From Eledone cirrhosa (Eukaryota), in contig OZ024755.1 of the NCBI GenBank assembly GCA_964016885.1, forward strand, positions 12,400,001-12,464,000: a stretch of DNA of 64,000 nt, given 5' to 3'. Below the pieces are notes generated by a model. That model did no database searches and was not told where the DNA came from. It was given only the letters and a program-made list of their open reading frames with translations. Both the position numbers and the translations under genes were made by a program. The stretch's first letter is position 1; each line of letters starts with the position of its first letter. This document shows, piece after piece, positions 24,406 to 38,339 of the stretch.

Positions 24406-25019
24406 AATTTAGACGCAGATCATCGCCTCATCGTTAAAAGGTTCGCAGTTATATGGTTTAAGTGGAAGTCTTAAGAGTGAAATTGGCTTGACAGAATATG
24501 CGTCGAAGCCTGTCGTATGGACTGCTTTTAATTCATGTCTTAGTATCACGCTAAATATGCCTGACAGTTACGTTAAAAGTGCAAGTATCTGTAGAGTACT
24601 CAGTCACATGTACTATTATTCTTAATTCATCGAATAAGTATGTTCACTAATCGAACAGCTGGAACACTCGTAGTTGAAACCAACATTACTATAAAAGTAT
24701 TCCGTATATAATCGATATTTGAACATATTCATGGTGCTGGTAAAAACCCTACTGGAAGCTTAGATTAAGATACCAAATAAATTTAAATATGTCGAAAAAA
24801 GTTAACACCGTTTATATTCTATCAGCTTGAAGCATTGGAACGTATTTAAAACCTTTTTTTAATACTAAACAATACGTAGCTCTATGATACAACACTGCAA
24901 GTGCTTATACTTACCTAAAAACTTTCGAGCATAATGTTATATCAGAGTATTTATATTTTGATCCAAATTCCACAAAGTTATACTACTATATCTTTCCATA
25001 TTTTTTTAAATCTTTTTAA

Positions 25020-25225
25020 CTGTAAGCAAGGAATTGGTCATTTTAGTCCTATTTAACTGACAGACAGTAACAGGTTGAACAAGGAATTGTTCACCCTAGT
25101 CCAGTATAATTGATGGACAGTAACCAACTGTGAACAAGGAGTTGGTCACCCTAGTCTTGTATAACTGACAGACAGTAACATCAACTGTAAGCAAGGAATT
25201 GGACCCTTACTCGTGTCTAACTGTC
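25020..25225. repeat. Degenerate tandem repeat, about 55 bp, 4 copies
   Basis: Recurring aaggaattggtcaccctagtc...taactgacagacagtaac. Confidence 0.7.
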
Positions 25226-25559
25226 CAAGAACATCTCTCATCAAAACAATGGATTACATTGGAGACGACAGATCTCCAAACTCTTCAGAAAAGAAGGAAA
25301 ATAACTGAATATAAATCAAAATGTTAAGCACTAGTGTAAAAGGAGAAACGGTTTTCTTTTATCTTGTTTTGTTACTCATTTGGGAACAATCCCACTTAAT
25401 GTTTGTCATTTATATCCTTGGAGACGTTATAAACGTTATATATTTCAGTATAGCTTCCTTCATAAACCTACAACTTCATTGCTGTATCAGCATTTATGGA
25501 ATCGATTAAAACTGGTTTATATTAACCCTTGTGTATCTAGTAATTTATGAACTATTCGT

Positions 25560-25875
25560 GTAGGCATGAATTTTAGTGGTTATGGTGTTACTATCAATAT
25601 TGTGAGGTCGTGAGTTCGAGTCTCGGCGATGCACTGTGTCCTTTCAGTAAAATACTTTATTTCCCGTTGTTCCAGTTCACTTAACTGACAATTGAAATTA
25701 GTTGTACCTGTAATTCAAAGGGCACCTCTTGTCACACATCGTGTCACGCTCCATCTCCATGAAAACTACGTAAAGGATATGCTAAACCATTTGCAGGTTA
25801 ATTCCATGAGTAGCTGCTGTTCTGTTCAGTAAATGAACTGGAACACTCGCCGTCGGAACCGACGAAGGACCAGCA
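25560..25875 (+). mobile_element. SINE family B (tRNA head plus long tail)
   Basis: tagtggtta...gtgagttcgagtctc head; tail ending actggaacactcgccgtcggaaccgacg, as in other copies. Confidence 0.7.
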
Positions 25876-26224
25876 CACGCACACATCATAATGACCGGAA
25901 CAAGATGTTATGGAAGAAAAAAGATACAGAACTGATACAGTTAGGAAGTCGAGTGTTGGGGATGGCTAGTTTTCTCTTTTGTTAAATTACTGAGTGAGAG
26001 TGTGGGGCTAATTAGGTGTAAAAATGAAGTTGTCGAAGACAATTTGATACCAACCCGGCCAAAACCGACTCTTGTTCTATGAAATAAAACCATCCATTTT
26101 ATAGGGTTCTTATATAAATGAAAATCTAACAATTTTATGTAAAAACTATATGTTGTTACAATCTTAGAAAAGAAATGATTATTAGTTTTAGAAATTCTCA
26201 AAATTCTTCTTTGTTGCCCACTTA

Positions 26225-26440
26225 TTTCTGGGGGCAGGGTCCTCAAACATTCCTTCCGGCGGGTCTCATCAGAAGCAACCGTCTCAAATTGAATAGCTGA
26301 TGGATGTTATCCAACCATCTTGCTCGGAGTCTGCCCTTAGGTCTCCTGCCGGTCGGTTTTGCCCTAAAAATCTGTCCAGCGATTCTTTCCCGAAACTTTC
26401 TAACCACATGCTCATAATATTGGAACTGTGATCGCTCAGT
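26225..26440 (-). mobile_element. RTE-clade LINE 3' remnant
   Basis: Minus-strand peptide ERSQFQYYEHVVRKFRERIAGQIFRAKPTGRRPKGRLRARWLDNI matches the RTE C-terminal pattern GHV.R...G.R..GRP..RW.D. Confidence 0.75.
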
Positions 26441-27102
26441 TGTTCATTAATTAATTGAATTAGAGACTATGTCGCTTGAAATGTGGTCACAAAAGGGTTA
26501 AATATGCAATAAACAACAAGAAGAATTCGTAGCATTGGTTTTAATTTCAAGACTGTTTCATTCATTGGGCCATTAAATCCCCCGGCAGTAGATTAGAATA
26601 AACATTCCCCAATCTAAATACCACATCTCGCCTCTTACTCTTTCACTATCTCATTTTCCTTGACAGCCTGTCAGATACTCTGGATATACAGTGGGGTGGG
26701 AGACTACGTTTCCAGCGATTGTCGAGTGTTGGTAGTAAAAGGGTAACTGTTTCCATCTCCCAACATTAACGTTTTATTTGATATATTTTATACATATTGA
26801 ATGATGGTTAGCCATGATAAACTGAGAAAGGTACCTAATACCCCATATATATATGTAGCTGGTAAGCTATAACAGATTTGGAAAGGTATCCAATACCCCT
26901 TATATATATATAAAGTCCATTTCAACGGTTGAAGACCTTAAAGTTCTGTGTCTTTCGTTTGTCTTTTAATATTTTAAAAAAAACTTTTTACGGGTTCCCT
27001 CACTAAAAACACTGTCTTTTGTTCTTGCCTTGTATTCGGTCCTTCTCTTCTCTTTGATAATTATCTTTGTTTTATGATATATATATATATATATATATAT
27101 AA

Positions 27103-27137
<35 letters not shown>

Positions 27138-28667
27138 AACAAGGAGAAAAAAGAAACATAGAAAAAGGGAAAAAGCTGAAGAAGTTAAATGATTCTGTTT
27201 GGTAAATCTTTTAACATACTCCATTAATTGAAATATATTTATGGCTGGTGGACCCTTGAAAATAAATTGCATCGCCTGTGTTGGTAGTTTTTAAAAACCA
27301 GCTTTAAAATGTCCTTTTCTTTCAGACTGGTAATTTTTGCAATGGAATAAATAATAAGTTTCTGGATAGTCTCCATGAGAACATAAAGTTGTATCTATAC
27401 GACTTTTTCCTAATAAAACATAGTTTGATGGTATATATCCCGCTTAATGCCAAGAAAGTGTCTCGTTTGCTAACCTCATTCCGTATCTGATATATTCTAT
27501 GCGTTGATAGATCTGTAGGGGCGTTGGTCGTAAAAGGGTGACCAACTCTCACTAAGAACTATCAACCACCTCCTAACATAACCGTTGTGGCTTGACCTCC
27601 AGATTTATGGTATTTACATTAACTTGTCAACATAAACCGATACTTTCAACAACGTTCCGACGTCCACCATTTTCTTTTCAACTATACAACAAGATTAGGT
27701 TGCGTTAGGGTTGGGGAATTCTGTACTTTCAGCAGTTCAGGCCCCACCATGAGTATTATAGAGATTTCCCCCTTCCCTGTTTGCACCCCTACTTTTTTTT
27801 ATGTATTATATTATAAATCAAGTTTCGCAAGCAATTAATGGCCGATAGGTAAGGAAAATTCTTGGCAAAAAACATTTAATGTCGTGAAAACGTTTTCGGA
27901 ATTAAAAATATTTACTCATATTCTTACAAAAATAGTCAGTATATATACTGTATACTACTATCTTATATACTATATAACAGTATATAGATATACATACACT
28001 ATATACATACACTATATACTGGTATGTTATATACTATATAAACAGGTCGATGTCATCTAGAAAAGTGATCTCTAATTCGAGTACCGAGTGGTAATCAGAA
28101 ACCAAAAGACTACTACTGCTGCTACAACTACTACTGCCACTGCTGCTGCAGTTAACACCTCTACTACTCCTGCTACTTCTACGGCTGATATTGCTACTAC
28201 TGCTGCTGCTGCTAATACAATTTGTGCAGGAGAAACGAATTTGGTTAAGTGAAAACGAGGATTTAAGCTCCATAAACACAAAATAGATTAACCCTTTTGA
28301 TACCAACACAACCCCTCGAAAAAAGAAAAAAAAAACACCCCTGGTTCCATGAAACGAAGCCTTCTATTTGAAACGGTTCCAATTTAAATTAAAACTTTAC
28401 TGAATCCTTTCAAATTCTTGAGTATTTTCAAAATGATTTGAAAGTTATAGACAATGTTTTTCATTGGAAATCTTGTAAGGAGAGATAGTTAAATCAGCCT
28501 CGTTACTTTTAAGTTCGTAAAAAAAAAGGTGTTATCGTATTGCAGTTATCTCAAGGTCAAATCACACGATAATTTGTATACATTCAACCTATTCATTGGA
28601 TATATTCATAGCATTCTTATAGACCATAGATGTTAACAAAGGGGAGATAACGTGATTGAACACAATA

Positions 28668-28706
<39 letters not shown>

Positions 28707-29328
28707 TCGACAGATCTTAGCCAACGGCAACTTAGATCATTGCTAATTTAATCGTTTCTCTCTTTCTCGTTCTATCAATACCACTACCAACATACCTATA
28801 TATATATATACATCTACCTACTTACCTATCAATCTATCTACTTACCTATCCAGACAGCCATCAGTATCAATCTATCTATCCAACTAGCACTTATGTGTGT
28901 GTACGAGGTGTGAGTGAATGAGTTATTACCAAAGAAATGTTGTAGAATGGGCAACAATATTAAGATAGTCGAATGCCGGCAGCCATGTCAGGTGCAGTAG
29001 GTTTCTATGGAAACGTTTGCACAAGTCAAACAAAAACAAAGGATCCTGTTGAATCGAGTTGTACTCTTCACAACTGGAGCTCTTCAGGGAGTATCCAATG
29101 CAAAGTTAAACAATTCCACATCTGCATGTATATATATACACACACACACATATATTCACACACACACATACATATATTCACACACACACATACATATAAT
29201 TATATACATAGGCATATATAAACAAATATAAATTTATAAACAAATAAATATACACACACGTATATAAATATAATACATTATTGTACATACTTAACATTCA
29301 CATAGATATGTTGCTTTACTTATGGAAG

Positions 29329-29389
<61 letters not shown>

Positions 29390-30431
29390 TAGCATAGCTT
29401 GGTGTCGTTTGTGTGTTTGAATGTATAAACAAAAAAGAAAGACGAATGCAATACGCTTTAAAGATTCACAGACTATAACACTCTACTGTTGGTTTCTTTA
29501 TGATTGACTAAACATTAAATTCTTTATTAATTTTATGTAATTTTATCCTAGAAATGACCTCACGAAATTTGTGTGCAAGTTGCCGAGCATTCCACAGACA
29601 CGTGTACCCATAATGTTCATCTTCATGAGAATTTAATGTGACACTGCGTGCCAAGGCCAGACCTTTTCATTACAAATACAGCGCATTCGAGAGTCCCCAA
29701 AAGAGTTTATATAAATTCTATAATGGCTGAGCAACAACACATGTTTTCTCCTCTTTTACATGTTTTACTTTAGTTATTTTTATGTTCCATTTTACATCTC
29801 TTTTCCAAACATTCTTCCCTCTGCTTCTATCTTCCGATGAAAAGCTAGCGTTCGAAACGTTAAGAATTTTCCCCAATTTACCAAGATTTAATCTAATATT
29901 GTATTGTCCTCGTGTATTGTCTTCACTTCTCTTTTACACACACACACACATTTTCACGCGCGCGCACGTGTGGTGCGTGTGTATATATTTTATATTGTGT
30001 GTGTGCCTGTGTGTGTATATATTTTATATATATATATGAAACTTCATGCATCATGCACAACAATTGAATTAGTCAATCGAGAGATGTTCTGGTATTTTTC
30101 ACACGCGCACACACACACACACACGCGCGCGCATGTCTCGGCAGCTCTGAATCGTATTGTCTGATTTAATGTGATTGAATTAAGAAATCGGTGGCTGTTG
30201 TTCGCTGGTTGTGTTGGTGATGTAAATGGCTGGAGGTGTTGGTGGTGGAAGACTTAGAAGAAAGTAGAGCATGTAGGAAAGGAAAATGAGTGATGGACGG
30301 GGAAAGGAAGAAAGCGGGGTAGGGGGTAATTGTCAGAGAAATTATAGGAATGAGAAATGGTAAGGTAGAATAGAAAAATGTAAGTTACAACGTTCCCTGA
30401 AAATATGTAGAACAATATTTAAAGGTATGTG

Positions 30432-30480
<49 letters not shown>

Positions 30481-30916
30481 ATACACGATTTCAGATAAAG
30501 AATCTTGCTAAACAAATTCAGAAACGAAATATATATATATATATATATATATATATTCCACGCTCCACATATGACTTATTATCTTCGTTTTTTTCGTTCA
30601 TTGCCAGAGAACGTCTCTATGCACCACCTAAGAGAACATTAGTCTACGACCTCTTTTATACTATAAACGTGGTTCTGTCTTTGCGCGTAATTGTTTTTCA
30701 CCGCTCATATTAATGACGTATTATTCGTTTTTTCCCGTTCTTTGCCAGCGAACGTTACCACGAACCAAAGTATCGTCTTCCTGTCTTCCTCCGGTTGCAA
30801 CGTTTTTTGAAATATCCAGTTCTGCGTTTACAGATTGACTTTGTTAGTTTCAGAAGATCCCGTTAAGGGTGAAAGCAGCGATTCTTTGCTTAAACTTTAA
30901 TCTGTTATTTTAATAA

Positions 30917-30948
<32 letters not shown>

Positions 30949-31002
30949 CAGGAAAGAAGAGTGACACGGTTTTACTATACAAAAAAGGTTTTTAATCTCA
31001 TT

Positions 31003-31108
31003 GCTGACAATTGTTTCTCTGGACTGGTAGGTCTAGAGATCGCTACCCGCTTATTTTCACGTTACTCGATCACCAATACAGAGTTATAACCAGTCAATTC
31101 ATCGGAGC
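31003..31108 (-). ncRNA. Hammerhead-like motif with long stem II (CCGATGA core)
   Basis: gct-CCGATGA-att-gactggt...accagtc-caga-GAAA-caattg-TC^agc. A related element lies at 47055-47183. Confidence 0.5.
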
Positions 31109-31355
31109 TTGTGAGAAACTCCACTACCCGGAGTACCCTAACTGGGCTACACCTAAGTGGACTACCTATAACAATTTGTTACCCCGTATATATATATATT
31201 TATATTCATTTATGTCAAGGCTAAAAAGGGAATCTTGCTACTCTGGAGTTTCGCCTGTTTAACGGCCCAGTTATAACAGAACTCACTTTTTAGCCTTGAT
31301 ATAAATGAATATTAAAACTTTACTTTGGCATTGAGTACCTTCCGTCAACTGCGTG

Positions 31356-31403
<48 letters not shown>

Positions 31404-31887
31404 TGTGTGTGTGTGCGCGCGCGCGCGCCTGTGTGTGTGTGTGTGTGCGCGCGCGCGCCTGTGTGTGTGTGTGTGTATCCCGAGTTCAATGAGAAGTAAA
31501 AACCATAGCGAGAGAAGGTAAGGGGGAAAAGAGAAGGGAGGAGAAGGGAAGGGGGGATAAAGAGAGGGTGGTGGGAAGGGGAGAACTGGAGGGGTGGAGG
31601 AGAAAGAGGGGGAGCGGGGGTGAGAGGTGAGAAGGAGACGTGGAGAGTTGCGTGAAGGGAGAGAGGTGAGTGGAAGAAATGAAAAAGCCAGAAATATTTC
31701 AAATGGAATGAAATAAAACATTAAAACTAACAAAAACAAAATGTAAAATGAGTGAAAACTTTAAAAGATTTTTCTTCAAATGTAATGTCGTTACGTCGTT
31801 GATATCTCACTATTAAACACATCACCTACCACACTTGGTCATAAACAGACCACTAGATAGTCGCATGAATATCGAGACTCATCAAGC

Positions 31888-32204
31888 GTGTCTGTCTGTC
31901 TGTCTGTGCGTTTGTGCCTATCTGTATGCCTGTCTCTCTCTCTCTCTGCCTGTCTGTCTCTCTCTGCCTGCCTGTGTGTCTGTGTCTCTCTCTCTGCCTG
32001 TCTGCCTATCTCTGCCTGTCTGCCTATCTCTGCCTGCCTGTGTGTCTGTGTGTCTATCTCTCTCTGTCTGCCTCTCTCTGCCTGCCTGTGTGTGTGTGTG
32101 TCTATCTCTCTCTGTCTGCCTCTCTCTGCCTGCCTGTGTGTCTATGTGTCTATCTCTCTCTGTCTGCCTGTCTGTGTGTCTGTCAGTCTGTCAGTCTGTC
32201 GGCG

Positions 32205-32235
<31 letters not shown>

Positions 32236-32410
32236 ATGTCTGCCTCTCTCTCTCTCTGTGCATGTCTGCCTCTCCCTCTCTCTCTCTCTGTCTGTCTATC
32301 TCTGTCTGTCTGCCTGTCGCTCGCTCTCTCTCTCTCTCTGTCTATCTGTCTACTGTGTCTGCCTGTCTCTCTGTTTATCAGTCTGCCTGTGTCTGTTTCT
32401 CTGTCTGACT
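31888..32410. repeat. (CT/GTCT)n low-complexity tract
   Basis: Direct inspection; explains the 294-aa pseudo-ORF. Confidence 0.92.
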
Positions 32411-32447
32411 GTATCATCATCATCATCAACGTTATACCTATTACTTG

Positions 32448-32605
32448 AAGGCGGAATACTGGCAGAGTTCTCAGAACGTCCAACAGACAGCTTTGTGGAA
32501 TTCATTTCGGTTTTCTTTTCTCTGAATTCAAATTCCGCCGTGGTCAACTTTACCTTTCATCCATTCCAGGTCTATAAGAAGGTACCAGTCAAGTACTGGG
32601 GTCAA
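32448..32605 (+). mobile_element. Diverged SINE family A
   Basis: tggcagag...ctgaattcaaattccgcc...cctttcatcc...gtaccagt. Confidence 0.7.
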
Positions 32606-33281
32606 TTCTATCTCTTTCTCATTTCTATTCCCTCAGTCTCTATCCTTCTCGAGAAGAAATCTGCTCTATTCAGACCTGGAGAGGACATGGGGCTCCGGCA
32701 GGTTTTAAAAATGCCCTAGAAATGCCCCTTATGTCAATACACGGCCCCTTATGTCTCCTTCGGGAGTTACGGGAGCATGCATATATATTGTTTAATTTCT
32801 CATTCCTTTTTACTACGTTGTTGATCATACTGGTATTATTCCCAATGTCTTAGGCCCTTGTGGCTAATAAAACAAATTATCATCATCATCATCATCATCA
32901 CCATCATCATCCCCACCATCAGCATCACTATCATTATCACCACCATCACTAACACCATCATCAACACCACCATCATTATTATCATCATCAACACCACCAA
33001 CATCATCATCATCAACACCATCATCACCAACACCACCAACACCATCATCAACACCATCATCAGCATTTAAGGCAATCCTCCATTTTGGTAAGTGACAAGT
33101 TCAACATTTCATTTTACCTAGGCTTAATTTCATGAAAAGGAAATTCATCGCAAAATTAACTGAAAATCATCATCATCACCAACACCACCAACACCATCAT
33201 TACCATCATTATTATCATCATCATCAACACCACCAACACCACCACTAACATTAATGACATTCATACCACTGTTTCGTCATC

Positions 33282-33285
<4 letters not shown>

Positions 33286-33321
<36 letters not shown>

Positions 33322-33608
33322 AAGTGAGAGAGAGCAAGTGAGAGAGAGCAAGCGAGAGAGAGCAAGCGAGAGAGAGCAAGCGAGAGAGAGCAAGCGAGAG
33401 AGAGAGCGAGAGAGAGAGCGAGAGAGAGCGAGAGAGAGAGAGCGAGAGAGAGCGAGAGCGAGCGAGAGCGAGCAAGCGAGAGAGAGCGAGAGAGAGAGAG
33501 AGAGAGCGAGCGAGCGAGAGAGAGAGCGAGAGAGAGAGAGAGCAAGCGAGAGCGAGAGAGAGAGCGAGAGAGAGCGAGAGAGAGAGCGAGAGAGAGAGAG
33601 AGCGAGAG
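33286..33608. repeat. (GA)n/(GAGC)n microsatellite
   Basis: Direct inspection. Confidence 0.95.
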
Positions 33609-34063
33609 TAACTTATTAAATCAGTGCCGAATAAGCTAATGATGAGAAATCACACACACACAACTTCAAACACTGACTGGGTCTTTCTGGTATGCCATTA
33701 AAATCTAACATAATTAATCCGGCACTTTTTTCCGGTTTAAACATGTGCATCATGATAATTAGGATACCCATGGCGTAGGAAATTGAAAAATGGAAAATTA
33801 TTTTAATCATTTTCTGTTGGCTAAAATTTAAATATATAATTTTAAATTTTCAATATTTGCCTTTATTTTGTCTAATTATTAATCTTTACTGATTTCAGTC
33901 ATTGGACTGCGACCAGGCTGGGGCACTGTCTTCAGATGAGTTAGTCGATCATGTTGTACCATAGAACGTTTTTCCATTTTTGGTACCTATTTTATCGATC
34001 TCTTTTGTCGAGCCACTAAGTTGCAGAGCAAAAACACAGCTATGGATACACACACCCGTAAAG

Positions 34064-34104
<41 letters not shown>

Positions 34105-34423
34105 ATTGGTGTTGGATGCTTAAAGCGTCCGTATGCGGTAGGCCGTATCAGCACTCAATGCCCTCGTAGAGCAGAGTATGATATCACAGAAAAAAGAGAA
34201 TCAGTGTTGCGACGAAAGGAATTTATTGGACATATTACAATTGTTTCCTATTTCCTAATGGGAAAATCTGCTTCGTAGAATCGAGACGTATCCGAGGACC
34301 GCGCGATTTCAGAGTCAGGTTTGATCACCATATCGATCGTGCCTTGAGCTGGTCGCCCGAGAAACAATTGTAATAATATGTCCAATAAATTCCTTTCGTC
34401 GCAACACTGATTCTCTTTTTTCT

Positions 34424-34430
<7 letters not shown>
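34105..34430. mobile_element. (TA)n-embedded element with 70-bp inverted arms; related to 54125-54370
   Basis: Arms at 34180-34248 and 34361-34430 both carry GAAAcaattgTA; the 3' region resembles 54245-54355. Confidence 0.7.
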
Positions 34431-34460
<30 letters not shown>

Positions 34461-34611
34461 TGAATCAAAAGTTAAGTGGAAATATCCAAGAGTAAAAGCA
34501 CTCAGTCCATAGGACGCGTTTAGTATAACTAATTACAACAGTGACATAAACGGGTACTCAAGTTTCGTTGGGTTCTGGGCCCCAATTTCTTCAGCCTGTC
34601 TTTTTCTCACG

Positions 34612-34661
34612 ACAGGCTGAAGAAATTGGGACCCATAACCCAATGAAACTTGAGTACCTGT
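34612..34661 (+). ncRNA. Type I hammerhead motif in palindrome 34530-34681 (mirror copy on minus, about 34550-34599)
   Basis: acagg-CTGAAGA-a-attggg(acccataa)cccaat-GAAA-cttgag-TA^cctgt. Confidence 0.8.
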
Positions 34662-34678
34662 TTATGTCACTGTTGTAA

Positions 34679-34743
<65 letters not shown>

Positions 34744-34897
34744 TTTATTAAAATAACAGATTAAAGTTTAAGCAAAAAAAAATCGCTGCTTTCACCCTTA
34801 ACGGGATCTTCTGAAATATATATTATCCTTATCGAGCCCTCTTCGGATTTTAGTCTTCACATTTATTATTATTACTATATATACTACACCATAATAA

Positions 34898-34936
<39 letters not shown>

Positions 34937-36487
34937 TACGCCGAGCTTCTGCAATTTCCGCCAACCAAATTTCACTCACAAGGCATTAATCAACCCGATT
35001 CTATAATAGAAGAAACTTCTATTATGTGTTACGCAATGGCACGGAACCCTAAACCACAGGGTTGCGGAGTAAACTCCTTAACTATACATACAGTCATACC
35101 TGCTCCTATATAATTATTGCCAAATGTTTCAACGAATATTTTTTTTTATGATATGAAAGATAATTTCATATTTATTTTTCAACAAATTATACAAATTATT
35201 TTACAGTTGAGTCACGAAGGGAAATTCAGTGCCTATGACCCATTTCAGTGTCTTCGAGAATACTAAGAAGGAGGGGTGCAATAAGACATCTTCAATGTGT
35301 AGACATATCTGAATGCTTGCAACAGATTAGAGTTGCTAAAGGAACCCAAAAGATGGTGAATTGGCAGAGTCGTTAAAACGTCAGATTGTTGTATTCCTTC
35401 CAGCTCTCTGAGTTCAAGTTCTGCCAAGGACAGACTTTACCTTTCACTCTTTCGAGGTCGATGAAAAAAAAATATCAGTCTAGTAGTGATGTCAATTTTT
35501 CCTCTACATCTCTCTCTCTCTCATTCTCCTTCCCCGGAAGAAATCAACTGTGTTCAGATGGGAGAGGAGATGGGCTCCGTCAGGTTTAAAAACATGTCCA
35601 AGAAACACAGACTACGACTCCACCAGGAATTACGGGTTCATACATACAGAGGAAACAAAGGGCCAGGAGAAGTTTTTACAGACTTAGGTGCACACGATCT
35701 AACGAGTTTTGATACCAGAACCCCTGAAACCATATATGGTTCTACGATATCTATTTTTTTAAACTGAAAACATTCAAGCATCATTTTACCTTTCTTAGAT
35801 TATGGCCCAAATACTGGTTATATTAAATTTTTGGTTATTTTCAAAGTTATTTGAAAATCATAGACACTTTTCATTTGAAATACAGAAATGAAAGGGTTAA
35901 GTAAATTTAATACACTCGTAGTGAGGAAAGCTGCGAAATTAAGTCATAAAATAAATATTTTTAAAAAGTGCAAATAATGAACAACACGTGACATTTAACG
36001 AAAATAAATAATATAAATGAATAAATGAATTAAGCAAAGAACGAAAAAAAAAACAGCAAAAGATTAACAACAAAAACAAAACAAAAGACAAAAAAATATA
36101 AACTACTGAAATATTTCCAAGAAACATTTAGGTGAAACGACGGAACACGCGGGCGGCTTTTGTAGAAGAGAAAAGAATTCCCTAAAGATTTAAGTAATTA
36201 TGAACACACACACACACACACACTCATGCCAACACACACACACTCATACCAACACACGCCAACACACACAGTCATACCAACACACCAACACACAGACACA
36301 CACTCATACCAACTCACACCAACACACCCCAACATCCCCGAGCACATGTGTGGCGTATTGTGCGTCACCCTACTTTTTCAGCTTGTTATATCTCATTGTT
36401 TATTTTGTGTCATAGTGACAGGAATTGTGTTGCCATCACCATCGTCATTGTTAGATTATAACCATCACCATCCTCATTGTTAGAATA

Positions 36488-36658
36488 TAACCATCACCAT
36501 TCTAATTATTGCTAGAATTAATATCATAACCATCACCATTCTAATTATTGCTAGAATTAATATCATAACCATCACCATTCTAATTATTGCTAGAATTAAT
36601 ATCATAACCATCACCATTCTAATTATTGCTAGAATTAATATCATAACTATCACCATTA
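36488..36658. repeat. 39-bp minisatellite, about 4.3 copies
   Basis: Unit TAACCATCACCATTCTAATTATTGCTAGAATTAATATCA. Confidence 0.92.
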
Positions 36659-36660
36659 TT

Positions 36661-36845
36661 GTGGATTGGCAGTATCGGTAGAGAGTCGGACACCATGCTT
36701 TGCAGCAAAGAGTTACGGTCCTTTAAGGTCTGAGTTCAAATCCCGCCGGGGTTAACTTTGCCTTTCATCCTTACAGGGTCGATAAAATAAAGTACCAGTA
36801 ATATACTGGGGTATTTGCTGGCCTTGTTCCAAAAGTAGAATTATT
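36661..36845 (+). mobile_element. SINE family A with (ATT)n tail
   Basis: A and B boxes and conserved body. Confidence 0.87.
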
Positions 36846-36860
36846 ATTATTATTATTATT

Positions 36861-37768
36861 AGTGGTGGGCAAGTGCGATGACGCACTCGGAGAAGCTTTG
36901 GGTTTCGACGAAGTCGAACTGACCAGTCTCTACCGGAGGACTTTTGAGCCGGGGACGATGGACAATTTCCAGAAATCCCTCGCTTGGCAGTGCTACCGGG
37001 GGGGCACTGCCGGTTCGGGATAAACTCTACAGGCACGGAAGTGCTGTCAGACGGACCTGCCCAAGATGCGCACAGAACGACGAAACCGTTCTGCACGCAC
37101 TTGTCCAATGTCCGTGCATTACTGACTTGTGGAGTTATGTCGAACAGCTACTGTCGCGTGTGGAACGAATCTGGCTACCGGCCGAGTCCATAGTGAAGAT
37201 CGATCCACCGCCTTCCTTAGGTCAGGAAGAGCAGGAAATTTTCCTCTGTCTGGTGGCAGTTGCGAAAGAGGTTATATGGTGGACCAGTTTAAAAGGACTG
37301 AAGACAGACACTTTTCTCTTCGGCCAATCCCTCATCAACTTCTTCAAGTTTCACCTGGAAAGGAAGGTGAGGGTGTGGAGAGAGAAGTGCTGCACCCCCC
37401 CAGTACATTTGCTAAAAGGTGGGTGAATGTGGCGAGAATGGCTCGTGTGAATGGGCCTACTCTGACCATGCGCCTATAGGCTGGCTAACTTGAGGAGAGG
37501 GATGCTCTCCCTGGGTGCCCTAGAAGCGCAGGGTGGTTCAGGATTGGTGGGGTACCCGAGTCACCCCAGGGTCGTCCACCCCCTATCGGGGAATTTATTT
37601 TGTTATATTTATGCATAGTTTATTTTATATTTTTATATTTTCATTGTTAAATTAGTCTTGCCATTGTGCACTTCTACTCGACCTTATTGTAAACCCCCAC
37701 TGTCCCTGTCTTTGTATTGTCCCCTACATGTCGGCCCTTGTGGTTAATAAATGAAATCATTATTATTA
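36861..37768 (+). mobile_element. 5'-truncated L1/Tx1-clade LINE: ORF2 C-terminal zinc finger (zf-RVT) and 3' UTR
   Basis: Peptide ALPVRDKLYRHG...CPRC....ETVLHALVQC....LW is the CCHC zf-RVT motif. Frameshifted; ends ggcccttgtggttAATAAAtgaaatc(att)n. Confidence 0.85.
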
Positions 37769-38075
37769 ACTTTGCCTTTCATCCTTCCGGGGTCGATAGA
37801 ATAAAGTACCAGTAATGCACTGGGTCATTGCTGGCCTTGTGCCAAAAGTAGAAACATTTATTATTATTATTATTATAATGGCGCGGTGGATTGGCAGTAT
37901 CGGTAGAAGGTCGGACGCCATGCTTTCCAGCATAGTTACGTCCCTTTACGATCTGAGTTCAAATCCACCCGAGGTTAACTTTGCCTTTCATCCTTACGGG
38001 GTCGATAAAATAAAGTACCAGTAATGCACTGAGTATTTGCTGGCCTTGTGCCAAAAGTAGAAACAATTATTATTA
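37768..38075 (+). mobile_element. SINE family A 3' half followed by a full copy
   Basis: Copies at 37768-37860 and 37880-38070, each with an (ATT)n tail. Confidence 0.85.
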
Positions 38076-38339
38076 TTATTAAGTTTTAATTAGGGCAGAT
38101 TATGATAGCTTTCATCTAAGGAAGCAGTAAACGACCCTCAAAATTAAAATAAATTAAAAAAATAAAATATAAAAATACCCCTTAAAGCAACAACCCCACC
38201 CCACCCCATACACACTACAATCACCAAGTCCTACTACCCCACTCCTAACTCCCACCAACACTTTATCAATTTACTTTTTTTTACATATTTCCAGAAAAAA
38301 ATTAGGCTTGAAGCAAATTTAGGATGGTAGAAGTTGAAG

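Noticed and set aside
31835-32719. 294-aa ORF and the many YI/TH/CV/RE/poly-V ORFs
   Set aside because: They are translations of microsatellites, low-complexity DNA and SINE sequence.
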